Counted from the stretch's first letter, positions 43,706-53,508 are shown. The stretch is DNA of 64,000 nucleotides from Hyphomicrobiales bacterium (GCA_027489955.1 JAIXYZ010000004.1:160672-224671), one strand, 5' to 3'. Program-made: numbers and translations. Notes: generated by a model not told the origin, from the sequence alone.

Positions 43706-44269
43706 TCACAGCACGACGAGGCGGGTGCGGCGGCCGATCCGCGGCAGCAGATGGGCGAGCCGCGCGCGCGGCACGGCGACGCAGCCCTCCGTGGGCTTCA
43801 GCCCGTCGCGGGCCAGGTGCAGGAAGATCGCGCTGCCCCGGCCGCGGGCGATCGGACCCCTGTTCCAGGCGATGTCGATGACGCAGTCGTAGAGCCCGTC
43901 GTTGCGCCACATCACCTCGTGGCCGAAGCGCGAGGGCAGGCGCACCGGCCGGTTATAGGCAGGGCTGCGGGGATCGTCGCACCAGCCGTCGCCGGGCCGG
44001 ATGGCGCGGAACGGCAGCGTCCCGGCGGGCCGGCCCAGCCTGTCCGCGCGGTAGAAGCCGCCCAGGAGGCGGTGGGTACCGGCGGGCGTCCCGCCGTCGC
44101 CCTCGCGCTTGCCGCGCACGATGCCGCCGCGCCCCAGGGCGCAGGGCAGGACGAAGGACCCCGCAACGAGGATGCCGCGGCGGGCGTCGCCGGGCGCCTT
44201 GCGGACGACGATCCGGGACAGGGCGCGGCTGCGGGGCGGGCGGGGCGATTGTGTTGAGCGGAGGCGCAT
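43706..44269 (-). CDS. L,D-transpeptidase (YkuD-fold) family protein
   Basis: The catalytic context is IFLHLARDGLKPTEGCVAV (H...C). The start is uncertain: an ATG at 44269 or a TTG at 44338. Confidence 0.72.
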   Translation of the reverse strand: MRLRSTQSPRPPRSRALSRIVVRKAPGDARRGILVAGSFVLPCALGRGGIVRGKREGDGGTPAGTHRLLGGFYRADRLGRPAGTLPFRAIRPGDGWCDDPRSPAYNRPVRLPSRFGHEVMWRNDGLYDCVIDIAWNRGPIARGRGSAIFLHLARDGLKPTEGCVAVPRARLAHLLPRIGRRTRLVVL

Positions 44270-44291
44270 GTCAATAAACGGCACATGCGCC
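44263..44291. promoter_or_regulatory. 9-bp inverted repeat GGCGCATGT-N11-ACATGCGCC in the ldt / response-regulator divergent region
   Basis: Read directly. The left arm overlaps the candidate ATG of the L,D-transpeptidase gene. Confidence 0.35.
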
Positions 44292-44355
44292 CGACGGCTC
44301 CGGCCGTCAATCGGGCGCCGTCCGCAAAACGTCCACAAGAGCCCGCAAGTCCTCG

Positions 44356-45042
44356 ATGCCGAGCGCCCATCATCTTCTGATCGTCGACGACGAACAAGAC
44401 CTGCGCGACGCCCTCGCGGAGCAGCTCCTGCTGACCGACGAGTTCGCCATCGCCACCGCAGAGGATGCCGCGGGGGCGCTGGCCGCCACGCGCAGCCAGC
44501 GGGTGGACTGCCTGATCATGGATGTCGGCCTGCCGGACATGGACGGCCGGGACGCCGTGCGCGAGATGCGCAAGGCGGGCTTCAAAAGCCCGATCATCAT
44601 GCTGACGGCCCAGGGCAGCGAGGCGGACACGGTCCAGGGCCTGGAATCGGGCGCGAACGACTACGTCGTGAAGCCGTTCAAGTTCGCCGTCCTCCTGGCG
44701 CGGATCCGCGCGCAGCTGCGCCAGTTCGAGGCGAGCGAGGACGCGGTGTTCCGCATCGGCCCGTACACGTTCCGCCCCGGCGCCAAGCTGCTGGTGAGCG
44801 ACAAGGGCTCCAAGCTCAAGCTGACGGAGAAGGAGACCGCGATCCTGCGGTTCCTCTACCGCGCCGGCCAGAGCGTGGTGACCCGCGACGTCCTGCTGGC
44901 GGAGGTGTGGGGCTACAACGCCAACGTCACCACGCATACGCTGGAGACGCATATCTACCGGCTGCGCCAGAAAATCGAGCCCGATCCGTCCAATGCCCGC
45001 GTGCTGGTCACCGAGCAGGGCGGCTACAAGCTCGTCCCGTGA
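44356..45042 (+). CDS. OmpR/PhoB-family response regulator (possibly CenR-like)
   Basis: 228 aa with receiver residues (LIVDDE, IMDVGLPDMDG, KP) and a winged-helix output domain (LTEKETAILRFL..., THTLETHIYRLRQKIE). No histidine kinase is adjacent. The CenR assignment is from memory only. Confidence 0.85.
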   Translation: MPSAHHLLIVDDEQDLRDALAEQLLLTDEFAIATAEDAAGALAATRSQRVDCLIMDVGLPDMDGRDAVREMRKAGFKSPIIMLTAQGSEADTVQGLESGANDYVVKPFKFAVLLARIRAQLRQFEASEDAVFRIGPYTFRPGAKLLVSDKGSKLKLTEKETAILRFLYRAGQSVVTRDVLLAEVWGYNANVTTHTLETHIYRLRQKIEPDPSNARVLVTEQGGYKLVP

Positions 45043-45059
45043 GCGGGGACTGACGCCCG

Positions 45060-45518
45060 ATGGCGCTCGACCGCGACATCGCGCTGCTCTCCGCGATCCC
45101 CATCCTCTCGCTGTTCGACCGCGATTCCCTTCGCCTGCTGGCCTTCACCGCCGAGACGCGCATCCTTTCGGCGGGTGACGTCCTGTTCCGCAAGGGCGAG
45201 CCCAGCGACGGGGCCTATCTGGTGGTCGGCGGCTCGATCGCCATGGACGGGCGCGACGACGGGTCGCCGGCGCCGCTGATCCGGGCCGGGGCGCTCGTGG
45301 GCGAGCTTGCCATGTTCGCCGAGACCGAGAGGCCCGCGACCGCGGTCGCGCGGGAGGCGACGACCGTCCTGAAGCTGTCGCGCAAGGCGATGCACCGCGT
45401 GCTGGAGGAATCCCCCGACACGGCGAAGGCGGTGGCGCAGGCGATCGCGGCCCGCGTCACCGGGCTCTCGGGCGAGTTGTCCGGCGTACGCAGGACGCTC
45501 CTGGCGATCGACGAGTAG
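45060..45518 (+). CDS. cyclic nucleotide-binding domain protein (effector domain only)
   Basis: 152 aa with cNMP-binding beta-roll blocks (LFRKGEPSDGAYLVVGGSI..., GALVGELAMF). Confidence 0.75.
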   Translation: MALDRDIALLSAIPILSLFDRDSLRLLAFTAETRILSAGDVLFRKGEPSDGAYLVVGGSIAMDGRDDGSPAPLIRAGALVGELAMFAETERPATAVAREATTVLKLSRKAMHRVLEESPDTAKAVAQAIAARVTGLSGELSGVRRTLLAIDE

Positions 45519-45535
45519 GCGCGCCGAACCCCGTT

Positions 45536-46351
45536 TCAGAGGTCGAGCGTCACCGTCACCGGCACATGGTCCGACGGGCGCTCCCAGCCCCGCGCCTCGC
45601 GCAGGATCTCGGCGCCGCGCAGATGGCCGGCCAGATCCTTCGACAGCCAGACATGGTCCAGCCGGCGACCCTTGTCGGCGGCCGCCCAGTCCGGCGAGCG
45701 GTAGCTCCACCAGGTGTAGATGCGGGTGGGTTCCGGCGTGAGGGTGCGGACGGCATCCACCCAGCCGCCGGCTTCGCGCACCGCCTCCAGTCCTTCCGTC
45801 TCCACAGGCGTGTGGCTGACGACGTCCAGAAGCTGGCGGTGGCTCCACACGTCGTTGACGTAAGGGGCGACGTTGAGGTCCCCGACGAGGATCGCCCGCG
45901 AGGCGGCGGGCGCCTCGTCCCGGCCCCAGTCCCGCAATTCGTCGAGGAATTGCAGCTTGTGGGCGAATTTCTCGTTCACCGCCGGATCGGGCACGTCGCC
46001 CCCTGCGGGGATGTAGAAATTATGGATCGTCACGTCCCGCGCCGCGCCGGCCGCGTCGGACAGGCGCACCGCGATGTGGCGGGCGTCCTGCTTGGCGCAC
46101 CAGCGGCGGATCTCCACGCCTGCCAGCGGCAGGCGGGAGACGATGGCGACGCCGTGATAGCCCTTCTGGCCGCTGATCGCGATGTAGGGGTACCCCATCT
46201 TGCGAAACGCGGCCGCCGGGAACTGGTCGTCCATGCACTTGGTTTCCTGGAGGCACAGCACGTCGGGCGCGCGCGCCGCCAGGAAGCGCGCGACGAGGTC
46301 GATGCGCAGCCGGACCGAGTTGATGTTCCAGGTGGAGACGGTGAAGGACAC
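45536..46351 (-). CDS. xth: exodeoxyribonuclease III
   Basis: (V)SFTVSTWNINSVRLR... and the C-terminal SDHVPV match ExoIII/AP endonuclease. The GTG at 46351 was chosen because homologues begin right at the WN(I/V)N block. The track ORF (ATG 46501) would translate through a terminator-like hairpin. Confidence 0.85.
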   Translation of the reverse strand: MSFTVSTWNINSVRLRIDLVARFLAARAPDVLCLQETKCMDDQFPAAAFRKMGYPYIAISGQKGYHGVAIVSRLPLAGVEIRRWCAKQDARHIAVRLSDAAGAARDVTIHNFYIPAGGDVPDPAVNEKFAHKLQFLDELRDWGRDEAPAASRAILVGDLNVAPYVNDVWSHRQLLDVVSHTPVETEGLEAVREAGGWVDAVRTLTPEPTRIYTWWSYRSPDWAAADKGRRLDHVWLSKDLAGHLRGAEILREARGWERPSDHVPVTVTLDL

Positions 46352-46380
46352 GGGCGTCTGGCTAGCCGATCGCGGCCCAT

Positions 46381-46416
46381 AAGCAAAGCGCCCAACCCCG
46401 GGGGGAGGTTGGGCGC
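46381..46416 (-). terminator. rho-independent-terminator-like hairpin
   Basis: On the minus strand the RNA reads GCGCCCAACC-UCCCCCCGG-GGUUGGGCGC followed by UUUGCUU. The 10-bp GC-rich stem was read directly. Confidence 0.55.
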
Positions 46417-46658
46417 TCACGCCTTTCGGCACAACCGCCAGGAGGGAACCGGCGGCTGATATGCAGGACGATGCCGCCGGAACGGGGGGCGCCGGCAACA
46501 TTGTTCAACCCTGCATCCGCAATCCGCCACCAAAGCGTGCCGCGACGCAAGCCCTCCGATGGTCAAAGAATACGCAGATCGGCGGGCACGATTGCGGCTT
46601 CGCTTGCCGATGCACCCCGCGCGACTACAACCGGGCTACCTTGGGGGCCGCCAAATCG

Positions 46659-47609
46659 CTAGCGCCGGTCGGTGTCGATCATCCGCTCGTAATTGATGCG
46701 GAAGAGGCCGGGGTCCGGAGTCTTCCCCGTCTTCAAATCATCGAGAACGACGGTCGTCTCGGCCCCGGCGGCATCCACGATGGTCCACTGGCGCAGGACG
46801 TTGGCCGAGGGATCGTAGACGAGGGTGACGCGGGACGTGCCGCCGAGCGTGGAGCGGTCCTCCACCGTGACGCGCACCAGGTCCGCGCCGACATTCACGT
46901 CCTTGATCGCCAGGTCCCGGCCGAGCTCGACACGGCTGCCGACCAGGAATTTCAGCGGCGTCTGGTTGAGCGCGTACAGGTCCTGCGTGTTCAGGCGCCG
47001 GTCGCGGATGGCGACGGAATTGCCGTCGGACACGATCTCCAGATTGCTCGGGCGGTCATATTCGAAGCGCAGCTTGCCCGGCCGGTGGAGATAGAGCGTG
47101 CCGGTGGTCTGGCGGCCGCCGGCGCGCTGCACGAACCGGCCGGTCAGCGTGGTGAAGCTGTTGAGATAGGCGTTGACGCGCTCCACGGCCCCGCGCTCCG
47201 ACAAGGGCGCTGCGGGGTTGAGGGCGGCGACGGCACGCGGCGGCTGGGACGGCGTGGTGGGGACCGGCGAAAGGCTGATCGGCGGCGGGGCGGCCGCGGC
47301 GGGCGGCGGCGGCGCGAGATCGGCTGGGCGCCGGGGCGGCACGGGCATCGTGACCCGCGCCGGAGCGGGAGGCGCCGCCTCGCCCGCAAGAGCAGCTTCG
47401 CGCACCGGCTCAGCGCGAGCCTCCGGCGCGGGCTCGCGCAGGGCTGCGGGCTGCCCGACGGGGGCGGTGCGGGGCACGAGCGCGCCCGGAACGGGGGCGA
47501 TCGGACGCGGCGAGAACAGCCAGGACTGCGCCATGGCGGGAACGGTCGGCGCGGCGAGCGCTGCGGCCAGGGCCGTCCGGGTGGCGATGCGGGCTAAGGT
47601 GCGGTCCAT
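46659..47609 (-). CDS. LolA-like outer-membrane lipoprotein carrier protein with a long Pro/Ala-rich N-terminal spacer
   Basis: 316 aa with a signal peptide (ALAAALAAPTVPAMAQ), about 130 aa of P/A-rich sequence, then a LolA-like domain (VNAYLNSFTTLTGRFVQ...LYLHRPGKLRFEY). It lies directly downstream of ftsK, as lolA does in many proteobacteria. Confidence 0.7.
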   Translation of the reverse strand: MDRTLARIATRTALAAALAAPTVPAMAQSWLFSPRPIAPVPGALVPRTAPVGQPAALREPAPEARAEPVREAALAGEAAPPAPARVTMPVPPRRPADLAPPPPAAAAPPPISLSPVPTTPSQPPRAVAALNPAAPLSERGAVERVNAYLNSFTTLTGRFVQRAGGRQTTGTLYLHRPGKLRFEYDRPSNLEIVSDGNSVAIRDRRLNTQDLYALNQTPLKFLVGSRVELGRDLAIKDVNVGADLVRVTVEDRSTLGGTSRVTLVYDPSANVLRQWTIVDAAGAETTVVLDDLKTGKTPDPGLFRINYERMIDTDRR

Positions 47610-47729
47610 GTCTGTCCAATGGCGCCGGAGGCGCGAAGGTTCCGACGGCTTTCGGTCGCGGGAGGTTTCATCCCTAGCCGGCCGCTGTGGCAGGACGGAG
47701 GCGAGGGAGCGCGCGCCGCCCCCCGCGCC

Positions 47730-50381
47730 TCAATCGTCGTCGTCGTGCCGTCGGCCCTGATCCTCGAGCAGGATCTCCCGCTTGCCGGCATGGTTGGCCG
47801 GCCCGACGATGCCCTCGTTCTCCATCCGCTCCATCAGCGAGGCAGCCCGGTTGTAGCCGATCTGCAGCCTGCGCTGGATGTAGGAGGTCGAGGCCTTCTT
47901 GTCGCGCAGGACGACCGCGACCGCCTGGTCGTACAGGTCCCCGCCGGGCGAGCCGAACGAACCCTGGTCGAACACGGCGCCGTCCTCGGCGCTCTCCGGC
48001 TCGTCCTCGCCCGCGGTGACGGCGTCGAGATATTGCGGGCGGCCCTGCATCTTCAGGTGCGCCACCACCTTCTCCACCTCCTCGTCGGAGACGAAGGGGC
48101 CATGGACGCGGGTGATGCGCCCGCCGCCGGCCATGTAGAGCATGTCGCCCTGGCCCAGCAGCTGCTCGGCGCCCATCTCGCCAAGGATCGTGCGCGAATC
48201 GATCTTCGAGGTGACCTGGAAGGAGATGCGCGTCGGGAAGTTGGCCTTGATCGTGCCGGTGATGACGTCGACCGAGGGGCGCTGCGTGGCGAGCACGACA
48301 TGGATGCCGGCGGCGCGGGCCATCTGGGCCAGACGCTGGATCGCGCCCTCGATCTCCTTGCCGGCGACCATCATCAGGTCGGCCATCTCGTCGACGATGA
48401 CGACGAGGTAGGGCAGAGGCTCGAGGTCCATGACCTCCTCCTCGTAGATCGCCTCGCCGGTATCGCGGTCGTAGCCGGTCTGGACCGTGCGGACGATGAC
48501 CTCGCCCTTGGCCTTCGCCTCCTGCACGCGCGCATTGAAGCCGTCGATGTTGCGCACGCCGACCTTGGACATCTTCTTGTAGCGGTCCTCCATCTCCCGG
48601 ACCGCCCATTTGAGGGCGACGACCGCCTTCTTGGGGTCGGTGACGACGGGGGTCAGGAGGTGCGGGATGCCGTCATAGACGGACAGTTCCAGCATCTTCG
48701 GGTCGATCATGATGAGCCGGCACTCTTCCGGCCGCAGCCGGTAGAGGATCGACAGGATCATCGTGTTGATGGCGACCGACTTGCCCGAGCCGGTGGTGCC
48801 GGCCACGAGCAGATGCGGCATGCGCGCCAGGTCCGCGATCACCGGCTCCCCGCCGATCGTCTTGCCCAGGCACAAAGCCAGCTTGGCCTTGGCGGTCTCG
48901 AAGTCCTGGCTGGCGAGCAGCTCGCGCAGGTAGACGGTCTCGCGCCGCGCGTTGGGAAGCTCGATGCCGATGGCGTTGCGGCCGGGCACGACCGCGACGC
49001 GCGCGGACACGGCCGACATCGACCGCGCGATGTCGTCGGCGAGCGAGATGACGCGGGAGGACTTGGTGCCCGGCGCCGGCTCCAGCTCGTAGAGCGTCAC
49101 GACGGGGCCCGGGCGCACGTTGATGATGTCGCCGCGCACGCCGAAATCGTCCAGCACGCCTTCCAGGAGGGTCGCGTTCTGGTCCAGCGATTCCTGCGAC
49201 ACGACGGTCACCGCGCGCTTGGGCTCGCCCAGGAGGGTGAGCGCAGGCAGGCGGTAGGCGTCGGCCTCGAACAGGGTGGGCTGCGATTCGCGCGCCAGGC
49301 GGCGGCCGGGCTTGGGGCTGGCCGGCGGCGGGGCGACGCGGCCGGGCGCCTCGCGCTCGGGAGCGGGGGCGTAGCGGCCGCCATCGTGACGCGCGTCCTG
49401 TCGCGCGTCCTCGTACGGCGCCTCGGTGGGGGCGGGATCGAAGGGCGGCTCGTCGTCGTCGTAGTCCGTGGCGGGCTCCGGCGGGCGCAAGGGGCGCCAG
49501 CCGGCCTGGCCGGCATCGCCCTCGAAGACCGGCTCGCGGCGGCGGGAATAGCCCGCGGGAGCGGGGGCTGGCCCGTCCGCTTCGCGAAGACTCCGGCGTC
49601 CGGTCCCGGCGACGGTCTCCACGCCCGCCATGGCGCCCACGCGGCGGCCGATGGCGCGGCCGAGCCGCAGCGACGCGGCCCCGGTGGCGAGGGCAAGGTG
49701 CGTCACAGCGCCGAGCGACAGGAGGCCGAGACCCGGCTCGTCGGTGCGATCCTCTTCCGGGTCGTCGCGGCGCGCGCGCTCGTCCTCGTGGTGATCGTCG
49801 TCGAGCGTCTCGATCTCGTCGGCGCTGCAGGCGGCGGCGAAGGACAGGATGGCGGCGGCGGCGAAGGCAAGGCCCGCGGCCGCAAGGCCCACGGCGCCGA
49901 ACATGCCGACGACCGCCCGGGTGACGGCGACGAGGCTGTCGCCGCCGACGCCGCCGAGCCCGGTGGGCAGCGGCCAGCGGCCGGTGGCGGGCAGGAGGCT
50001 CGCCAGCGCAGCGGCGCACCCGGCGGCGACGATCCAGCAGGCGAGGCGCAGGCCGAGGCGGCCGACCTCGCGCTGGCGCATGAGCAGGACGCCCCACAGG
50101 CCCGGCACGGCCACCAGCACGATGGCCCCAAGGCCGAGGATCTGCATCAGGACGTCGGCGACGATCGCGCCGGGCGGGCCGACCCAGTTGCGGACGGCGC
50201 CGCGGGTGGCGTGGTTCAGGCTCGGGTCGTCGACGGACCAGGTGGCGAGGGCGATCGCCACCGTGACCATGGCGGCGATCAGGCCGAGGCCGACGAGTTC
50301 GGCCGTGCGCCGCACCAGGAATGCCTTCACGGCATCGGTGACGTCGGCCGGCGGGGATGACATGCGGCGGGTCGTGGGCAT
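47730..50381 (-). CDS. ftsK: DNA translocase FtsK
   Basis: 883 aa with N-terminal TM helices, a P-rich linker, a motor domain with GTTGSGKS, and a C-terminal gamma (KOPS-reading) domain [21 protein letters not shown]. Confidence 0.95.
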   Translation of the reverse strand: MPTTRRMSSPPADVTDAVKAFLVRRTAELVGLGLIAAMVTVAIALATWSVDDPSLNHATRGAVRNWVGPPGAIVADVLMQILGLGAIVLVAVPGLWGVLLMRQREVGRLGLRLACWIVAAGCAAALASLLPATGRWPLPTGLGGVGGDSLVAVTRAVVGMFGAVGLAAAGLAFAAAAILSFAAACSADEIETLDDDHHEDERARRDDPEEDRTDEPGLGLLSLGAVTHLALATGAASLRLGRAIGRRVGAMAGVETVAGTGRRSLREADGPAPAPAGYSRRREPVFEGDAGQAGWRPLRPPEPATDYDDDEPPFDPAPTEAPYEDARQDARHDGGRYAPAPEREAPGRVAPPPASPKPGRRLARESQPTLFEADAYRLPALTLLGEPKRAVTVVSQESLDQNATLLEGVLDDFGVRGDIINVRPGPVVTLYELEPAPGTKSSRVISLADDIARSMSAVSARVAVVPGRNAIGIELPNARRETVYLRELLASQDFETAKAKLALCLGKTIGGEPVIADLARMPHLLVAGTTGSGKSVAINTMILSILYRLRPEECRLIMIDPKMLELSVYDGIPHLLTPVVTDPKKAVVALKWAVREMEDRYKKMSKVGVRNIDGFNARVQEAKAKGEVIVRTVQTGYDRDTGEAIYEEEVMDLEPLPYLVVIVDEMADLMMVAGKEIEGAIQRLAQMARAAGIHVVLATQRPSVDVITGTIKANFPTRISFQVTSKIDSRTILGEMGAEQLLGQGDMLYMAGGGRITRVHGPFVSDEEVEKVVAHLKMQGRPQYLDAVTAGEDEPESAEDGAVFDQGSFGSPGGDLYDQAVAVVLRDKKASTSYIQRRLQIGYNRAASLMERMENEGIVGPANHAGKREILLEDQGRRHDDDD

Positions 50382-50424
50382 CGGCTGGGCGCGGGTCCTT
50401 CCGATGCGAAGTTAGGAGCGGGGG

Positions 50425-50441
50425 GTTAAGACCTGTTTAAC
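50425..50441. promoter_or_regulatory. CtrA-type binding site GTTAA-N7-TTAAC upstream of ftsK
   Basis: The sequence gTTAAgacctgtTTAAc was read directly, 45-60 bp upstream of the ftsK ATG (50381). Confidence 0.5.
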
Positions 50442-50470
50442 CAAGCACCGGCGCATGGCCGCCCGCGCGA

Positions 50471-50497
50471 AAAGCAAAAGCCCCGCCGGAGCGGGGC
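50471..50497 (-). terminator. rho-independent terminator of glnK-amtB
   Basis: On the minus strand the RNA reads GCCCCGC-UCCG-GCGGGGC followed by UUUUGCUUUU, about 45 nt after the amtB stop. Confidence 0.75.
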
Positions 50498-50540
50498 TTT
50501 CGGTGTCGGGCCGGCAGGCAGGCCGGCGGAGCGGTGAGGC

Positions 50541-52013
50541 TCAGTAATTGTAGGCGCGCTCGCCGTGCTCGGCGATGTCGAGACCCTCGCGCTCCTGCTC
50601 CTGCGTGACGCGCAGGCCGACGATGATGTCGACGAGCTTGAACAGGATGGCGGAGCCGACGCCGGTCCACACGATGGTGAACAGGACGCCCTTGGTCTGG
50701 GCCCAGACCTGGGTGACCAGGTCGTAGGCGCCGGGAACGAGCTCGCCGGGCTTGGAGGCGTAGTCCGCCAGGCCAGCGCCGCCGAGCGCCGGGCTCACCA
50801 GGATGCCCGTGCCGATGGCGCCGATGATGCCGCCCACGGCGTGGATGCCGAAGACGTCGAGGGAGTCGTCGTACTTGAGCGCGTTCTTCACGGTCGAGCA
50901 GAAGAAGAAGCAGACCGCGCCGGCCACGAGGCCGAGGACGATGGAGCCCATCGGGCCCGCGAAGCCGGCCGCTGGGGTCACGGCGACTAGGCCGGCGATC
51001 ACGCCGGAGACGAGGCCGAGGAGGGACGGCTTGCCCTTGGCGGCCCATTCCACGAACAGCCAGGAGACGCCGGCGCCGGCGGTTGCCACGAAGGTGTTGA
51101 TCATGGCGAGGGCGGCGGTGCCGTTGGCCTCCAGGTTGGAGCCGGCATTGAAGCCGAACCAGCCCACCCAGAGCAGCGCCGCGCCGATCATGGTCATGGT
51201 CAGCGAGTGCGGGGCCAGCACGTCCTTGCCGTAGCCGATGCGCTTGCCGATGATGATGGCGCCCACCAGACCGGCGACGCCGGCATTGATGTGGACCACC
51301 GTGCCGCCGGCGAAGTCCAGCGCGCCCCACTTGAAGAGCAGGCCGGCATCGGCGTTGACGGCCTCCAGGGCGGCCTCGGCGGCGGCCTTGGCGTCCGGCG
51401 CGGCGTCAGCGACCGCCTTGGCGGCGGCGGCGACGACGTCCGGGCCGCCCCAGTACCAGACCATGTGGGCCATCGGGAAATAGATGAACGTGACCCACAG
51501 GACGGTGAAGAGCAGCAGCGCCGAGAACTTGATGCGTTCGGCGAAGGCGCCGACGATCAGGGCCGGCGTGATGCAGGCGAAGGTCATCTGGAAGCAGACG
51601 AAGACCAGCTCCGGGATGTAGACGCCGTTGGAGAAGGTGCCGACCACGGTGGTCGGGTCGACGCCGGCCAGGAAGGCCTTCGAGAAGCCGCCCACGAAGT
51701 CGTTCAGCGCGCCGCCATTGGTGAAGGCGAGCGAGTAGCCGTAGGTCACCCACAGCAGGGCGACGATGGTGACGATGGAGAAGACCTGGGTCAGCACCGA
51801 GAGCATGTTCTTGGTGCGCACCAGGCCGCCATAGAACAGGGCGAGGCCCGGGATGGTCATCAGCAGGACGAGGATCGTGGAGATCAGCATCCAGGTCGTG
51901 TCGCCCTTGTTGGGCACCGGCGTGGCCGCGGCCTGCGCGAGAGCCGGGGCCGCCAGCGCCACCGAGGCGCCGAGGCCGGCCAGGCCGGTCTTGAGGGAAC
52001 GCATGAGCGTCAT
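50541..52013 (-). CDS. amtB: ammonium transporter AmtB
   Basis: 490 aa from the ATG at 52013, with a signal peptide, an 11-TM Amt core (DFAGGTVVHINAGVAGL) and conserved twin-His blocks. The track ORF is over-extended to 52583. Confidence 0.93.
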   Translation of the reverse strand: MTLMRSLKTGLAGLGASVALAAPALAQAAATPVPNKGDTTWMLISTILVLLMTIPGLALFYGGLVRTKNMLSVLTQVFSIVTIVALLWVTYGYSLAFTNGGALNDFVGGFSKAFLAGVDPTTVVGTFSNGVYIPELVFVCFQMTFACITPALIVGAFAERIKFSALLLFTVLWVTFIYFPMAHMVWYWGGPDVVAAAAKAVADAAPDAKAAAEAALEAVNADAGLLFKWGALDFAGGTVVHINAGVAGLVGAIIIGKRIGYGKDVLAPHSLTMTMIGAALLWVGWFGFNAGSNLEANGTAALAMINTFVATAGAGVSWLFVEWAAKGKPSLLGLVSGVIAGLVAVTPAAGFAGPMGSIVLGLVAGAVCFFFCSTVKNALKYDDSLDVFGIHAVGGIIGAIGTGILVSPALGGAGLADYASKPGELVPGAYDLVTQVWAQTKGVLFTIVWTGVGSAILFKLVDIIVGLRVTQEQEREGLDIAEHGERAYNY

Positions 52014-52054
52014 CTGAAAAAACTCCGTTGAATGTTGCTGAAGCGGAGGCTCGC

Positions 52055-52606
<552 letters not shown>

Positions 52607-52644
52607 CTATTTCTTGAGCAGTTCGGTGATTGCTTGGGCTGCGG

Positions 52645-53508
52645 TCAGCCGCCGCGGCGCTCGCGGATCAGGCCTTCCTGCGCCACCGACGCGACCAGGC
52701 GGCCGGCGCGGTCGTAGATGAGACCGCGGGAAAATCCGCGGCCGCCTGACGAGGACGGGCTGTCTTGCGCATAAAGCAGCCAGTCGTCGGCACGGAACGG
52801 CCGGTGGAACCACAGGGCGTGGTCCAGGCTCGCCGCTTGGATCGACTTCTCGAACACGCTGCGGCCATGGGGCACGAGGCTGGTGTCGAGAAGCATCATG
52901 TCGGACGCGTATGCGAGCACCGCCTGGTGCACGGCGGGGTCGTCGGGCAGCGGCGCGGTGGCCCGGATCCAGACGTTGAAGGCCGGCTCCATGGGCTCGC
53001 GCCGGGCATAGCGCTGGAGCTCGACCGGGCGCAGCTCGATGGGGCGCTCGCGTTCGAAATAGGCGCGCACGGGCCCGGGCATGGTGGGCATCATCGCCGC
53101 GCGCATGGCATCGTCCCCCGCCAGCGCGTCGGGCGAGGGCACGCCCGGGGCGGGAAAGGCATGGTCCAGCCCCGGCTCCTCGGCGTGGAACGAAACCGAC
53201 ATCGAGAAGATGGCGGCCCCGTGCTGGATGGCCAGCACGCGCCGCGTGGTGAAGCTGCGGCCGTCGCGGATGCGGTCGACCTCGTAGATGATGGGGACCG
53301 AAGGGTCGCCCGGCAGCAGGAAATAGGCGTGCAGCGAATGAGGCCGCCGGCCTTCCACCGTCCGCGTCGCGGCGACGAGCGCCTGGCCGATCACCTGGCC
53401 GCCGAAGACCCGCTGCCAGCCTTCCTGCGGCGAGCGGCCGCGGAAGAGATTGACCTCCAGGGTCTCCAGATCGAGCGTTTCCAGCAATTTCGCGACCGCG
53501 CCCGACAT
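52645..53508 (-). CDS. tesB: acyl-CoA thioesterase II
   Basis: 287-aa double hot-dog protein: LLETLDLETLEVNLFRG...HSLHAYFL...DHALWFHRPFRADDWLLY. Confidence 0.88.
   Translation of the reverse strand: MSGAVAKLLETLDLETLEVNLFRGRSPQEGWQRVFGGQVIGQALVAATRTVEGRRPHSLHAYFLLPGDPSVPIIYEVDRIRDGRSFTTRRVLAIQHGAAIFSMSVSFHAEEPGLDHAFPAPGVPSPDALAGDDAMRAAMMPTMPGPVRAYFERERPIELRPVELQRYARREPMEPAFNVWIRATAPLPDDPAVHQAVLAYASDMMLLDTSLVPHGRSVFEKSIQAASLDHALWFHRPFRADDWLLYAQDSPSSSGGRGFSRGLIYDRAGRLVASVAQEGLIRERRGG

Noticed and set aside
46352-46501. A 50-aa N-terminal extension of exonuclease III from the ATG at 46501.
   Set aside because: The extension (MLPAPPVPAASSCISAAGS...) is low-complexity. It would be translated through a 10-bp GC hairpin plus U-tract, and ExoIII homologues begin right at the TWN(I/V)N block. 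The GTG at 46351 was preferred, although it lacks an SD sequence.
47619-50360. A 913-aa plus-strand ORF antisense to ftsK. Similar giant antisense or out-of-frame ORFs include 58235-60457 (740 aa, opposite pgm), 39720-41462 (opposite leuS), 9109-10704, 11663-13138, 17447-18520 and 61030-62826.
   Set aside because: Their translations are Arg/Ala/Gly/Pro-rich low-complexity sequences with no recognisable motifs. Each lies exactly opposite, or out of frame with, a gene that has unmistakable conserved motifs. In DNA this GC-rich, stop codons are rare in non-coding frames, so these are statistical artefacts.
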